From Patellaria atrata CBS 101060 (lineage: Eukaryota): a stretch of 64,000 nucleotides of DNA. Below, piece by piece: positions 21,270-34,082 of this stretch. The notes beneath the pieces were generated by a model. It was given only the letters and a program-made list of their open reading frames with translations, searched no databases and had not been told where the DNA came from. A program made the position numbers and the translations under genes. Position 1 is the first letter of the stretch, and each line of letters begins with the position of its first letter. The DNA is taken from NCBI GenBank assembly GCA_010093705.1, contig MU006106.1:399086-463085 (forward strand). The letters run 5' to 3'.

Positions 21270-22649
21270 TCATATATCCTTCGGCGGCAACATGATAACA
21301 TACTCCCTCTCACTCGTCCCAAACCTCAAAACATCCTTATCCCTCACCTCCACATACCGCCTCGCCTCCACACGGTCCCCATTCAACCACGTTCCATTCG
21401 CGCTCTCCAAATCAATCACATACGGCCGCACCTTGCCGACCTTCTCCCCAAACTCGCCCTTCCGCTTCGTCGTGTACCGGAACTGGAGCACCGCGTGCTG
21501 CTTGCTCACGCTCGGGTTCTCGGCCAGTATGTCCGCGACCACGGCTTCCCGGCCCACGAGCCACACGCTCGAGGTGTGCAGTTCGAGAGTGGAAAGTACG
21601 GACGAGCCTTTGAAGATGTAGAGGCGCCAGGGGCTGCTGGAGGGGGGTTTCCGCGCATCTGGGGGTTCGTGGTATTTTAGCACGACGGAGGTGCCGGCGA
21701 CGGTGTTGGTTTCGAGCGCGAGGAGACCAGTTGGAGCGTAGTTTGGGGTTTGCTTTTCGGGGAGGGGTGAGGGGGCCGAGGGATCCGTTGGGGGGTTGCG
21801 TTTGTGGGGTTTTTGGGGTCGGGCTGATGGGTCTTGGGTTCTGTAGGAGTCGAGTTGGGAGGGGAGGGGGTTGCGGGTGCGTGGGGCTGGGGAAGGGGAG
21901 GGTTTGTGGTGTGTAGGAGGAGAAGGAGAGTTTTTGCGACGTGCAGGAGAAGGAGAAGGAGAGGGTTTTCGCCGTTTGAGCGGAGAACGCGGATGTGAGC
22001 CATCTCGGTGTTTTCTAGACTTGTCATCGTTGTATCTGCCACGTCCATCGGGAGATCGAGCGTAGTGTCGTCTGCGGTCTCTACTGACTTCTTGTTCTCG
22101 TTTTTTGCTCCTGCTCCTGCTCCTTATTCGCCGCTCTGGCCTTCTATGGTAGTAGTCGGGGCTTCTGCTCCTACGATCTCCTCTTCTGCGCCCATCTGGG
22201 CTTCTACTCCTGCGATGATTTCCCCAATTCCCACGCGGACTCCTACTCCTGTAATGTCTCCTTCTACCTTCGTCTGGACTACGGCTTCTGCGATCCCGCC
22301 GTCTATAGTCATCTCTGCTCCTACTTCTACGTTCTCGTCTTCTATGATAATCCACGCTACTACTACGACTCGTTCTCCGTCTAGGTGGTTCTCTACTTCG
22401 ACTCCTACTCTTTTTCTGTCTTCTCGAGCCAACATTTCCTGCTGGACTTGTTGATCGCTCCAGGGAAGGCCCTCCACCTCGTATGCGATCTACCGACCGA
22501 TCCCGTTTAGCAACAGGGTTAGGTGAGATGTCTCTTCTTTCATCTCTTGACCGCTTCTCAGACCGTCTCTCCCTGGGGCTATTTGAGAGCGAACGTTGGC
22601 GGCCGTACTCGAGTGAACGAGTTGGCGGTGTTGGAGAATCGATACCCAT
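21270..22649 (-). CDS. PML1: FHA-domain RES-complex splicing factor, SNIP1/Pml1 family
   Basis: RS/RD-rich N-terminus, LKYHEPPDARKP, WRLYIFKG, FHA motifs GRE, SVSKQHAVLQFR, IDLESANGTWLNG, FGTSEREY. First ATG at 22649 (MGIDSPT). Confidence 0.88.
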   Translation of the reverse strand: MGIDSPTPPTRSLEYGRQRSLSNSPRERRSEKRSRDERRDISPNPVAKRDRSVDRIRGGGPSLERSTSPAGNVGSRRQKKSRSRSREPPRRRTSRSSSVDYHRRRERRSRSRDDYRRRDRRSRSPDEGRRRHYRSRSPRGNWGNHRRSRSPDGRRRGDRRSRSPDYYHRRPERRIRSRSRSKKREQEVSRDRRRHYARSPDGRGRYNDDKSRKHRDGSHPRSPLKRRKPSPSPSPARRKNSPSPPTHHKPSPSPAPRTRNPLPSQLDSYRTQDPSARPQKPHKRNPPTDPSAPSPLPEKQTPNYAPTGLLALETNTVAGTSVVLKYHEPPDARKPPSSSPWRLYIFKGSSVLSTLELHTSSVWLVGREAVVADILAENPSVSKQHAVLQFRYTTKRKGEFGEKVGKVRPYVIDLESANGTWLNGDRVEARRYVEVRDKDVLRFGTSEREYVIMLPPKDI

Positions 22650-23456
22650 GAGCGCGGAATCTGACACCAAGGTTTTTACGAGTCGAAGTCGAATAAATGG
22701 GTGGATGAGATCAGCCGCAATGTCAGATCGATTGAGACCCCAGTTTGGAATCGAGACCGCCGTACGTAATACGATGCAGCAACAGCTTCGGGAATCGTAC
22801 AGTGGGCATGCAGTCCCAACTCGTGTCACTTCAGAGTCTCTATACAAATGCGTCAAGGCCCGGTAAAGTTTCGGGAGGCGTTGGAACTTACCGCTCTCCT
22901 GGAAAACGCCAAGTGAACTGTATCCCCCACATCCAACATCAACTCTCACGTAGGCGCTTCAACTTTGTGCATAATTGGACCACGAACCCAATATAACCCC
23001 AACTTGAACATTCAACACTTCTTTACAGTTTCATATACCATAAGTTCGGGTAAACTCTCTCTGAAAGATCCATTGTACACCAGTCACTTGTACCAGGTTA
23101 TGTCCCTGAGCTATTCAATATGCAGAATATGCTAGACGAACCATCAAACGCGTTACATGGAACAGCCAAGTCTATAGGATAGGTACCAACACCAGTAACT
23201 GTTGTTTTACCGTATCTGTATGCTACGGCAACAGGTAGGTTAGTAGCCCCTTAGGGAGTAGCCGCCCGGTTACCGATATCTTGGGAAGGTTGGTAGAGCT
23301 CTATTCAACATGAGCTCTGTGTTTTCTCTTTAGTTTTTGAGTTTAGTTTCTTAGGTAGTCGATTGAGAATATTATTTCATGTCCCCAGTCTGCTTGTTCT
23401 TCTAAGATTCTAGTGAAACCGACGGGGAGATGAGTCTCATGCTTTGATATGGCGGT

Positions 23457-26242
23457 ATGGCCTCACGCTTCTTGACGACTCGGACGAACAAGTCGGATTC
23501 TCGAAACTCTCTTGAACTTCATTGGAGCGACCTTAGGACCGTAGCTTTAGAAGCCACTGATCCCAGTTACGACACTTTCTCACCCGATAAACGTTCTGGA
23601 AAGGTATGAGATAAGAATTCGGGTCACAATTGTTGCAATGACATATTAAATCCCAAGTCGCATCTGAACTGAGCTAATAAGGAATAGAGTATAGGAAAGC
23701 CTCGTCGAAAACCAAATCCCCTGAAACTGAAATCACCAAACTCGACCGGATTCTTCAATTCGCTTTTCACTCCACTCAAAACACCAGGAGTAAGCCCGTA
23801 CAAGCCCCAAACATTGGATAAACCATTACCGAGGAGACCTAGATCACAGACAGATCCGCCTGTATTTCAAATTGCAGAATTACCTGGATCGATATTGTTG
23901 GAAAATCGAGGATTTCCTCTGACTGCCATTCCTGTGGAAGGACCGTCAGGAGGTACAGAATATAAGAGAACATCTCGAAGCTCTTACAGACCCGTTGGAA
24001 GAGCTCATTCCAGTCCTACAGAGGCTACCAGACCTTCGTATACACATAGGAGTGCAGCTAGCGAATCCAGAATCGATCTGCAGTCACAGAATGCGCAGAC
24101 TTTAGAACCGGAACGAAAAGATGATGCACAAGTTGTAGCGACGCAAAATCCATCAAGTGAGATTGTACAGATATTACTCGAAGAGGAACAGCATCCACTT
24201 AATACCACAGAGGTTAGTCAGGGGCGTCAACTCCGTACGGAGGTGCATGTATTAACGTTGAATACGATAGGTGCCAAAACATCAAAATAAGCCCTCAGCC
24301 GATGTACAGGTTTTGTACCAACTTTTGGAGCAGCAAAATGAGGACTATTTTCAGCTACAAAGGGATCATGAGTCGTACATATCTAGTCTACAAGACGCAC
24401 ACGTCAGGGAAATTGCAACTGTAAGGACATATTATAGCAGATTGCTTCGCAAACTACAGCAGGAAGACTCGCATGGTAAGTGAACTTAGTCCGGATGTTG
24501 AATCATACAGTAACGGCCATCTAGCCAATTCGGCACGTCCTGCTCTCGATACGGGCTTCGTAAAATCCAACGGACTTCCCACTCCCGGTCTTTCCGCTAC
24601 AGGTAATCGTTCGTTTCGAGTTACTCTTGATACAGAGATACGAGCTACTACAAAATCAGAGGATGTAGAATCCCTGAAAAAGAGACCCAGTCTTTCCCAA
24701 AAGCGCGTAATCGAAGCGGACACTGTTCGGAAAGAACTTGATAGTCTTCGTATAAGTCTCGACGAGGAGCGTGAAAGATCCACCAAAGCTCAAGAAAGAG
24801 AATTTGCGTTAAACTGTGCTCTTTCAGAGTTAAAGAAGAGACTGGAACCTGCGTGGTTAGACATCAGTGCCCGCGAAACCCTCGAAGCACGCCTCCAGAA
24901 CGCGTGGATGCAAATGCATGATACTAATGAGGAGAACTATGCTTTACAAGTTTCAATGCAGATGATGAAGAAGCGAACACTCAAGTTGACGCAAGATATC
25001 AAGTTACTCAAACTCCACTCGAAGAATGAAAATCTCGATAGACTCTCCTTGGAGCTGGAAACGACCAAATCTCGCAACGACCACCTCGAAAAGCAATTAT
25101 GCGCCGCGACCGATCGTAATCGAGTACCATCGATCATTCTTGAATTCGCGAAACAGATCGAGGTATTACAGCAAGAAATCAAACAAAGCCATAGAATGAT
25201 CGATCACCTCCAACAACAAAATGATTTGTGCCCTCTTCGTTTTTTGACGGGCAGAGAACAGCAACTCGCAACTTGTGATCACAGTAAGGCTAGATGTGAG
25301 GTTGAAGTGTTGCGAGATGAGGTATCCAACTTGAAAGATAGGGTAATCGAGGACGAGAAAACTATCAACAAGTTAATGCAGTCTAAAATTCGGGCAGACG
25401 CTGATCGTCTAGACAAACACCAGCTTCAAAACAAGTTGCTCTCAAGGATGATGTCTAGAGTTGGCAGTGAGCTCGATCTCTCGCGGAAGAAGTCACTGAT
25501 TCAGCAAAGATATATATCTTCTTCTGCAATCTCAGAGACGGACCAAGCTGAGGATCTCATTAACCAACGCTTCCGCACCGCACGCCTCGAGAAGGAAATC
25601 GATTATTACGTCAACGAGATAGTGATTTACGAGAGCGAAAAGCGCGCTTACAAACGCGATATCAAGCGCTTAGAATCCAAATTCAAGAAGGCAGAAAGCG
25701 GGACCAACAGTACTTACACCGGCTCTTCGACACCGTCACTTACAACATCACCGTCCTCATCAGCCGGCCCTAGTATGGACACTCCACTTAACACGGTCGG
25801 ACTCGGTCTCGGTCTCACATTCACCCCTGACCCTAATTCTCTAAGTCCCACTTCGCGCCGTAAACCCGCGTTTCCTCGCCTCGACAGCTCTTCCAACACT
25901 ATCCCCACTTATACCCTACCATTCCCTCTGGCACCCAAGATCCACCCACCTCTCCCCATGCCTACTTCTACAACCCCTTCTCAGGGGCCTCACCACACTC
26001 CTTCAAACCCTCTTGTTACCCTCGCAACTCCTATCCAACTCAAACAGGTAACCCCTCTCCAGCATATCCCCTCTGCTCTCCCCGTTACTCCTCCCCCACA
26101 GAACAGTAAACTCGCGGCTTCCCCGCACGAGGAAACGCCGCCGGGAAAACCGCCGCGTCGCGTGGATACGCAGCGCTCGCTTTCGGACAGTATCATTTCG
26201 TCGTATGCGCGGGTTTCCACGCCACTGGGAGCTGTGCGGTGA
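23457..26242 (+). CDS. Hypothetical coiled-coil protein with S/T/P-rich tail; 4 exons
   Basis: Introns 23604-23687, 24213-24270 and 24476-24534 join the ORFs in frame from ATG 23457 (MASRFLTT). Heptad-rich middle (LEKEIDYYVNEIVIYESEKRAYKRDIKRLE). No family recognised. Confidence 0.7.
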
Positions 26243-26989
26243 GGGATGGTGGATGAGACCTTGTTGGGTTCGGGGGTCCTCTTAGCGAAGCTATTGGAGA
26301 TGTGGGATTTGTTCATGTAGTCTTGGGTGGGAAGAGAGGATGATGGAAGTGGAATGATACCGTTATATCTTCGATTCCTGTCTGGCTTGTCTCCCTCGTT
26401 GCGCATGTCATGCGATCACAAGTCGGCTTGAATTCGAACTCGATCTGTGTCTGGACTTACTTATTACCATCTGTGTGTGTGGATGTGTGCATGACGGGAC
26501 TGCTCTACTGTATCATAGCGTCTTTTTTTTTTTTCAAACTATTACCCTTCTTCAAGCGCTCTCATTCCTATTATCCCACAGCTCTCTCCCTGTGTACTAC
26601 CCTACCCCCCTTTACTCATCCAACCTGCGTAACCTTCTCATTCTACGTCGCCTATTTCTCACCCAAACATCCGCGTACGCATCGGAATAGCACGGCGAAA
26701 TTATCTCCTTTGTCTTTCTCGTGCGTTTGGCCTGCATTGGGGTGGAGTACTGTATAGCAGTTCCAGTCCCCCACCCCATCCTGGCCCCCAAATCTCCACA
26801 TTTGCCGGTTGCGAAAGTCCGAGGCATGTACCGTACGATAACTGCGGGAAAGATGACATGGAAGGTTCAGTTTGATGGTGTGCTGTGAGAGAGAGAAGGC
26901 ATGTTGATTTGTGCCATTTTTTTTCTGAGGGGGGGTGAGGGGGGTGGGGGGTAAGAGGGTAGAGGGGGTAAGAGGGTAGAGGGGGTTTT

Positions 26990-27340
26990 GTTGTGGTATT
27001 ACCGTACCTAATATGTACTATCGATACCACTACCTTTATACTCTCCTATACTGTCCCCTATAACCCTCCCTAATACTCTCATACCGTATCGACCCTTAAC
27101 CCCTTACTCCCTACTAATACCCCTAAACAATCTAAAATCTATCAAAACCCCCGTACAAGTGCAAGTACGAAACGAGTACGAGTACGTGATCAAAACGTAG
27201 AGGACTGGCTGTACCGTATATACTATACTAGACTATATAGACTTCTCTTCCTTACAACCGTACCGCACCGTACTGTAAACGGACGCAGCTCACGAGGTCC
27301 CTTCTTTCGCATCTCAGACGCGCAGTTAGTATACAGTATA
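26990..27340. repeat. TpA-rich, CpA/TpG-poor low-complexity tract; possible RIP-degraded repeat relic
   Basis: Many TA/GTAC words (accgtacctaatatgtacta, gtacgagtacg, tatactatactagactatatag) and visibly few CA/TG dinucleotides; no ORF. RIP index not computed. Confidence 0.35.
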
Positions 27341-27659
27341 CCGGATTTCAATCAGGTGGATGGGGTCTGGTATCTCGTTCATTTCAATTTCTCATCATCA
27401 TCACTATCTCCACAACATCACAATAGAACGACACAACAAAACAACACAACACATACATAACGCAACCATGATATCATGCCACTACATATTCAGAAAAAGC
27501 CCCTAATTCCCATAGAAACCTCCATGAATCATTACAACGGAAGTACACACAGCATACTGCAATGCCACTCAGATATATAGTTTTTGATCGAAATACAATG
27601 GGATCCACAACCTTTCCTATCCCCACTCCCCCAAATCCCCTAACCATCATACAAATCAT

Positions 27660-29421
27660 CTACAACTCATCATGAACATCCGCCGCGTCTGCATCCTCGC
27701 CCTCAACCGCACTCTTCACCGCCTCAGTCGCCTCGCTCGCCGCACTCTTGACGCTCTCCGTCGCAGCCTCGGCACCCGATTTAACCGACTCAGCGGCCTC
27801 ACCTGCAGCCTCACCAGCGGCCTCGGTGGCAGCCTTGGCCTGTTCGGGCATGGCGGTCTCATCCTCATCTCTGAGCTCCAACTTCTCTTCCGCGACGTAG
27901 GCATCGACGGCATGCTTTCCGTTATCACGGATGAAGTTGGCGAGATCCTCGACGGTGCGGGAACCAGAGTAAGAGATCGGGTCTGATTTCTTGCCTGCAG
28001 GGAAGAGCTTGATGGTCGGGAAACCCTGGATCTCATCGGGGACGTCGTTGGCGGTGGCGTCGACCTTGGCGACAATGACCTTCTCGGCGTACTCGGGGTT
28101 ATTGAAGTAGAGGGCGGCTAGCTCCTCGTACTTGGGCGCAAGAGCCTTGCAGTGACCGCACCAAGGGGCGTAGAATTCGAGGAGGACGTCCTTGTCGCTG
28201 TTCAGAACGAGGTCATCGTAGTTATGGGCGACGACGACGTGGACGGGACCTTCTTGGGTTTCGGGGACGGGTTCGGACTTGATGCTGGGAGAGACCTTAC
28301 CGGCGACGAAGTCGTCAACGAATTGACCGATGGACTCGGCCGTGATTTCCTTAGTCTGGTCGAAGGGGAACTTCTGGTTTTTGACGGTCTCCTGGATGGC
28401 GAACGCGGGCCACTTGCCGACCTCGAGGTTCAAGTTAGCACCGTGTTGTCCGAAAGCTTCAGCATCGATAGTGGCGATATTGACGACACCCTTGTGCTTG
28501 GTAGCGACTGGCTTGAGCTCCTTGGCGAACCTCTCACGCTCCTCAGGAGTCGCAGCGAAGATATAGGCCAGGGGGATACCAGCGGCCATGTAGCCAGCGT
28601 ATGTCTCAGGACCAACCTCACCAATCAAAGGTGTGGCGGAGGTCTTGGCGAACTTCTCAATCGCCTCCTTTGTGAACTTCTCGGTGAAGGTGTCCTTGCC
28701 CTCATCGAAGGTCTTGTAAAGAACGATGGCGGGTTGCGACACACCCTCAGCCTCAGCGAGAGTGGCGTCGCTGGTGGCACCGAAAAGGTAGTCATCACGG
28801 AGACCGTCGGCAACAGATGAGAAGGTCTCGTTGGAGCTCTTGTCATCAGCTGCGAAGTAACCGACAATTACAACCTTATCTGAGGTCTTGAAGTCCTCTA
28901 GAGTGTCCTTTGCTAACACAGAAACGGCGGGTAAGGATTGCTTAACCATGTATGATACAATGCTGGATCCAGTCAGTTAACTCTCGAGTATTTAGCCAGA
29001 TCATAATGAACTTACGCTTGAGCTTTCCTCTGGCCGCTGTATGGTGTGATGCTATCTGGGCCACGGAAGACCTTGAGTGTGGGGTATCCTTCAACGCCAT
29101 ATGTTTGGCAGAGCTCAGTCTCCTCTGTGCAGTCAACCTTTGCTAATTGGATGTTCTTCTCCTTCAACTGTGTGGCAGCCTCTTCGTACTCGGGAGCTAA
29201 CGCCTTGCAATGCCCGCACCATGGGGCGAAGACTAATCAAAGCCATTAGCAGAGATTCGAGGAACGCAATGGTTGAATGAAGACTTACACTCTGCGAGAA
29301 CCAAATCATGCTCCTTGACGAAGTCAGCAAATGTATCTGACTTCAAGTCATGGACATCAGAAGCAGCAGCTAGAGCTGCGGCTCCAATAAGGCCAAAAGC
29401 AGCCCTGGAGAAAGCACGCAT
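27660..29421 (-). CDS. PDI1: Protein disulfide isomerase
   Basis: Signal peptide [21 protein letters not shown], two APWCGHCK thioredoxin active sites, Ala/Glu-rich tail, C-terminal HDEL ER-retention signal; two introns. Confidence 0.97.
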
Positions 29422-30270
29422 ATTGACGAGTTAAAGTTAATTAATCGAAAAAAAGAAGGGAAGGGATTTAGAGGAATTGGGTCTTTATCTTATCTCCAAA
29501 TGGGGGAATGGAGTTGTGTCTTTGAAGTAAGGGGAGGTGGGTTTTTTAAAGAGCAGGTCTTTGTGGTTTGTGTTAGCTGTTATGTGTTCAGATTCGGTCC
29601 CCTGTTAGAAATCAAGAGTTGCGCTAGGTCGATTCAGGGAGCTCTAAAGGCTCTAAAGGCTGAGCGGCAATCTGTCCATAACACTTTCGCCCCCCGCAGA
29701 TCACGTGAGACCCCTCTATAATCCTCTTTTCTTTTTTTCAATTACCCCACATACATACCTGTACCGTAAGGTATCAAAATAAATATTGAAAGAATACGCA
29801 TTATCCTCGGAAGGTGAATATGACAAGAAGAACGTTGATACAATGGATCCAACTACCGGACTTCTACATCATTCCTACCCTTTGTAGTCCCTGCTACCTA
29901 ACCCTCTATCTAACATCTTTGAAGAAGTGGTGATAGACATGTTGATCTTCAAACTTGGCCCGCAGAACAGAACATTGATTTTGCGTTCGAGAACATCCCA
30001 ACTTAGCAACTCTTAAGCAGCCTCTCACTTCGAGAACCGAACAAGTTCATATGCCTCGGATTAAACCCGAGAACGGAATTTCTAAACAAACTCACCAAGG
30101 TGACACAATGTCTTGTCAGCGAAACGAATAACAGGGTAAGGTGGCATCGTTGAATTAATGATTAGTCTTTAATAGTATATCCTATTCAAGCCATCTATGG
30201 TATTGGTGAGACCTTGCCGCCGCCACTACAAGTTCCACCACCTTCCTACTCAGAAATGACTCTGTACGTG

Positions 30271-32457
30271 TTATCGCCTATCGAAATCTGAGTCCGTTCC
30301 CGAACTTGCAAACACCTCGTTGTGGGATTCCTCTTCTCTTTCAATAACGGTTTGGTGAGTATTTCTACCGCTTAATTCTTCAGCGAGGAGGGTTGCCTCG
30401 CGCTTCCCACGTTCACCATCAACCATGAGCATCAGAGGGAACGGTAATCCAATGAGTATAGCAAGAAACCAAAACGCCTGTTGCGATTAGCAAGTCTTCG
30501 GACAAAGATACCATCTTAGCTCAAACTTACTGGTCTAATTTCACCGTATGCATCGGTTATCGCTCCAACGATAGCAGGCCCAAATACGCTCGACCCCTTG
30601 TCTGTGATCGCATATAGCGCATAAAATGCTGCTTCGAATCCAGGGGGAATAAGATCACCGTACATACTCCGGCAGTACGAAGACAGTCCACCGAGAACAA
30701 AGCCGTATACAGCTCCTAAGGGATACATCTCCCAAGGTTGCTGCAGTCCCAATACACCAAGTCTCTGTATCGCTGGAATATAGCCCAAAAGACCGTAGAA
30801 GGGGATTACTTCGAAGAGACAGATGCACGCTAGTATTGTTTGACTTGGTTGTAGTCCTAGGAATAGGGAAATACGACTCCATGTAAATGCACCGAGCACA
30901 CCGGAAAGCGTGGCAATAACGTTGATGAGAGCCAGCGCGGCTGGTTTCATTTGCAACGTCGTCTTCGCAAAGAGAACGGCGGTCCCACTTACTGTTGCGA
31001 TACCGTCACTAAGCAAGAACCAAGCGGCTAAGAATAGGACCATGTCTTTCAATCTGCGCGCTTTCATGACTGTCTTTGCAAGAGAGCGCCAGGAGTATGT
31101 GAAGTATGCAAAACAAATTCGACCTTTGCTCTGCTTGTCACCAAACCTGAGTGGAGGACCCGGTCTTGGCCGAAGCCATGATGCTGCTGGTAGAGTAAAT
31201 ATAAACCACCAAGCTCCGATTAGGGAAAGTACTAAACGAAGAGAAAAGACTGTAGATCCTGTATATAGCAAGATGACTATCGCAAGAGTTTGAACTATAA
31301 GGGCGGCTATGTATCCAATTCCTATGCCATATGATGAAATCTTAGTAGATAGTTGGGTTGCTTTAGATGGTGTCATAGGTGAACGAGGATTAGGTGTGGT
31401 AAGATCCGGTCCAGGCCTACCCTCGGACGACAGCGCGGCGGTAGAGTTTACAATACTCTCATCTGCTAGAAGTGGCTGGTCTTCGGTGGCTTCTGCAATA
31501 TAAGATACCTCCTCTGGCTCAGAATCGAAGGAAGCCTCGAACTGTACTGTAGGATGATGACGGACCAGTAAAGGCAAAAATGAATTAAGTAAGACGAAGG
31601 ATGCGCCAAAACAAGTATTAGCAACGATTGCCAGGAATGCTCCGAAAATGTAGACTTTGGGTATAACCGAAAGGAATAGTATGGTAGCAATTGCGCCAGT
31701 AAATGCAAATGTTAACAGAAACATCTTCCGAAAATGCCCGTGATCAGCAGCGGCGGACATAGAAATGATTAACAACGACTGGATAAGGACACTGATAGAG
31801 AATGTATACAAGGCGAAGCTCGCCGTGTTTATTTCTACTCCTAGAATATAGACAACACATTGTTGCGCCTCCGCTGCTGGATGATATGTGGATAAAGGTG
31901 GCACGCTTGAGTAATCTAGCGCAGGAGGGGATGGGACCGTAAAGCTCGCGTGGCATGGAGTTGTCTTGTCCGTTAGAAGAACACCGCGCTCTCGCGCAAG
32001 CTGCTCAAGGGTGATTGGTATGAAGGAGCCTGAAAATCGAATAAGTATCAGTTTATATGGCCTTTACGTCATACGAAATAAGCTGAAGCAGGTGTAGCTA
32101 GATAGATTGGTGGGTAAACGAGGCCGTTCTTTGCGTACCTATCCCACAGACAACGAACACCTTAAAGTCCCACCAAATTCAGCAAATGATTCAACAGTCA
32201 TAAGGGCAGTGAGGGAGTCCTACCTCAGCAGCCCAGCCATACGCGTAGAACCCCGCGATCTCTTTTGTGCTTGTCAAGCGCGTATCTTCCTCTGCATACT
32301 GTGGTCGTCGATTAGGCTCTGGAGCCATGATGGAAAGGTTGGAGACAGATCGTTCGTCATCCGCTTCGTTGGAGTGGGAGGAGATATATGACGCTTTGGA
32401 ACGAGCTCGTGGAGGAGGAAATGGTCGTACGGGAGAAGAGGGTACACGGGGAACCAT
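30271..32457 (-). CDS. ATG22: Autophagy-related vacuolar amino-acid effluxer (MFS), Atg22
   Basis: [46 protein letters not shown] (22-nt micro-exon 32139-32160), [40 protein letters not shown]. Last exon AFWFLAIL...DRR-stop at 30271. Start could also be the ATG at 32329. Confidence 0.92.
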
Positions 32458-32632
32458 GTTATTGCTGCGACGGAGTGTTTGATTGGCCGAAATCAAACTG
32501 TAGGCAAACTTCCCTTGCGTTAAGCTGACATGAGCTATGAAACGAACACGATGATATTCATGATGGGCAAATAAAAGGTGCTTCCAGAGACCTGCCTCTC
32601 CTCAGAGACGGTCTGCTCAAAGATACCTTAAA

Positions 32633-32667
32633 AGAGAGGAGAGAGGAGAGAGGAGAGAAGAGAGAGG
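32633..32667. repeat. Imperfect (AG)-rich microsatellite; CT-rich on the ATG22 sense strand
   Basis: agagaggagagaggagagaggagagaagagagagg upstream of ATG22. Confidence 0.7.
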
Positions 32668-33095
32668 TTGGTGTTGCAACTTGACCTGGTGACCCGATGT
32701 GGAAGTGCTGCTATCGATATCGGCCGCAAGAGCTTCTGATAGGGTATAGGCGCTCGACACTCGACTCATCCTGCCCTTTACCGATACCCTCCGCTTCCTC
32801 CCACTTCATCTATCATTATTGATTATCGCGAATGATCAAGATAGAACTCTCAACTCATTCATGTTTAGCTGAACATTAGTAGAGACTGTTTCAAGGATAT
32901 ATGATATATCTAGCCTACGACTGCCAGAGCGTGGAGCAATACATCGGAAAATTATGGAGTGTAGATACTAGGGGGACAAAAGTAGTCGACCCTTTCGAGA
33001 CTGATAGGTACAGTGATGGGTAGTATTCATTTAGGAATGTCGTAACGAGTATTTTACTTGATGAGAGAGGTATTGCCCTGTAGGTGTACAGTACG

Positions 33096-33122
33096 CAAAG
33101 CTCCGTAATTTACGGAGCTTTG
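33096..33122. repeat. Perfect inverted repeat, 13-bp arms with 1-nt spacer
   Basis: CAAAGCTCCGTAA-T-TTACGGAGCTTTG. Confidence 0.9.
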
Positions 33123-34082
33123 AACAATGCGATATGCATTCTGATCCTCTAATTGCTGTACTTTTCTTCCCTCCATGTGCTTCTTATAGCCGACCATTTA
33201 AGCAAAGTAGAATTGAGTTCCTGTACGTGATTAAAGACGAAGTATGATTTCAAGGTACTGCAGATGTATTATACCTCACAAGGAGTATTGGGCCGACTGA
33301 CCCTGAATACACAGGGGAGTAAGGGAGTCAGTACGAGGCCACGATAATAAGGTAGTCGGCGATACTACTACGATGGTAATCAATCTTGGCCGAATAGATT
33401 GGGCTATTGGCTGCGTTACTTGTTTCGCATGACAGCGAATTGTTTCCATCGCATTCAAGACGTTTTAGATCGTTTGTTCCACCTTTAGCTTTCTGCGTTG
33501 GAACATATCGTGATGTTGCTGAAAACTATGAAAGAGAGCGGAATGACTGAGTGCTGACTGAGGTGGGCGCTCCCTGAGTCTCTGACTTGCATTATTTTTG
33601 CAGCAGCCCGCCCTGCACCTTCCGCCTAAGGGCCGCTCTTGGCCTTGTCGGGACAATACCCATACCACCTCATACATGCCATACATCAACCACCTCACCT
33701 ACAGTACAACTATCTAACAACAAACGCGATACCCACTTCCTCACCGTCACAACCCTTTGCGCATTTCCTCCTGCGAGCAAGTCACCACCCGAATTACACT
33801 CCCATCGCTCGTGCTTCACTTTCCTCCCCCTACAGATCGTTCAATCACCCTGGATTGCGCCAAAAACCCTGCATCATCATCCGCTGCCCGATCACTAGAA
33901 TCTTGACGATACCACCAGGTCATAAAAAGATTCCGTGCCTCCACTGGTAACTTCCACGGAGAATTTCGATATCATAAACCAACATACAGTTCCTGATTCA
34001 AAGAGGAGGGGGAGAGTCGGTGGGCTTGGGGGAGAAGGAGAACGGTGTATTCGCGGTTGGTGCGGAGGGTGAGGGGGAGAAC

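Noticed and set aside
22650..22949. 100-aa N-terminal extension of the SNIP1 ORF (similarly the non-ATG extensions of MED14 at 34020 and OCT1 at 39094)
   Set aside because: They begin at non-ATG codons called by the ORF finder and look like UTR; the downstream ATGs give family-typical N-termini.
27672..28867. Long antisense and alternative-frame ORFs over PDI1 (also over apsB, SNIP1, OCT1 and Mch 3' ends)
   Set aside because: Shadow ORFs expected from high GC3 and strand skew in real genes; no domain content.
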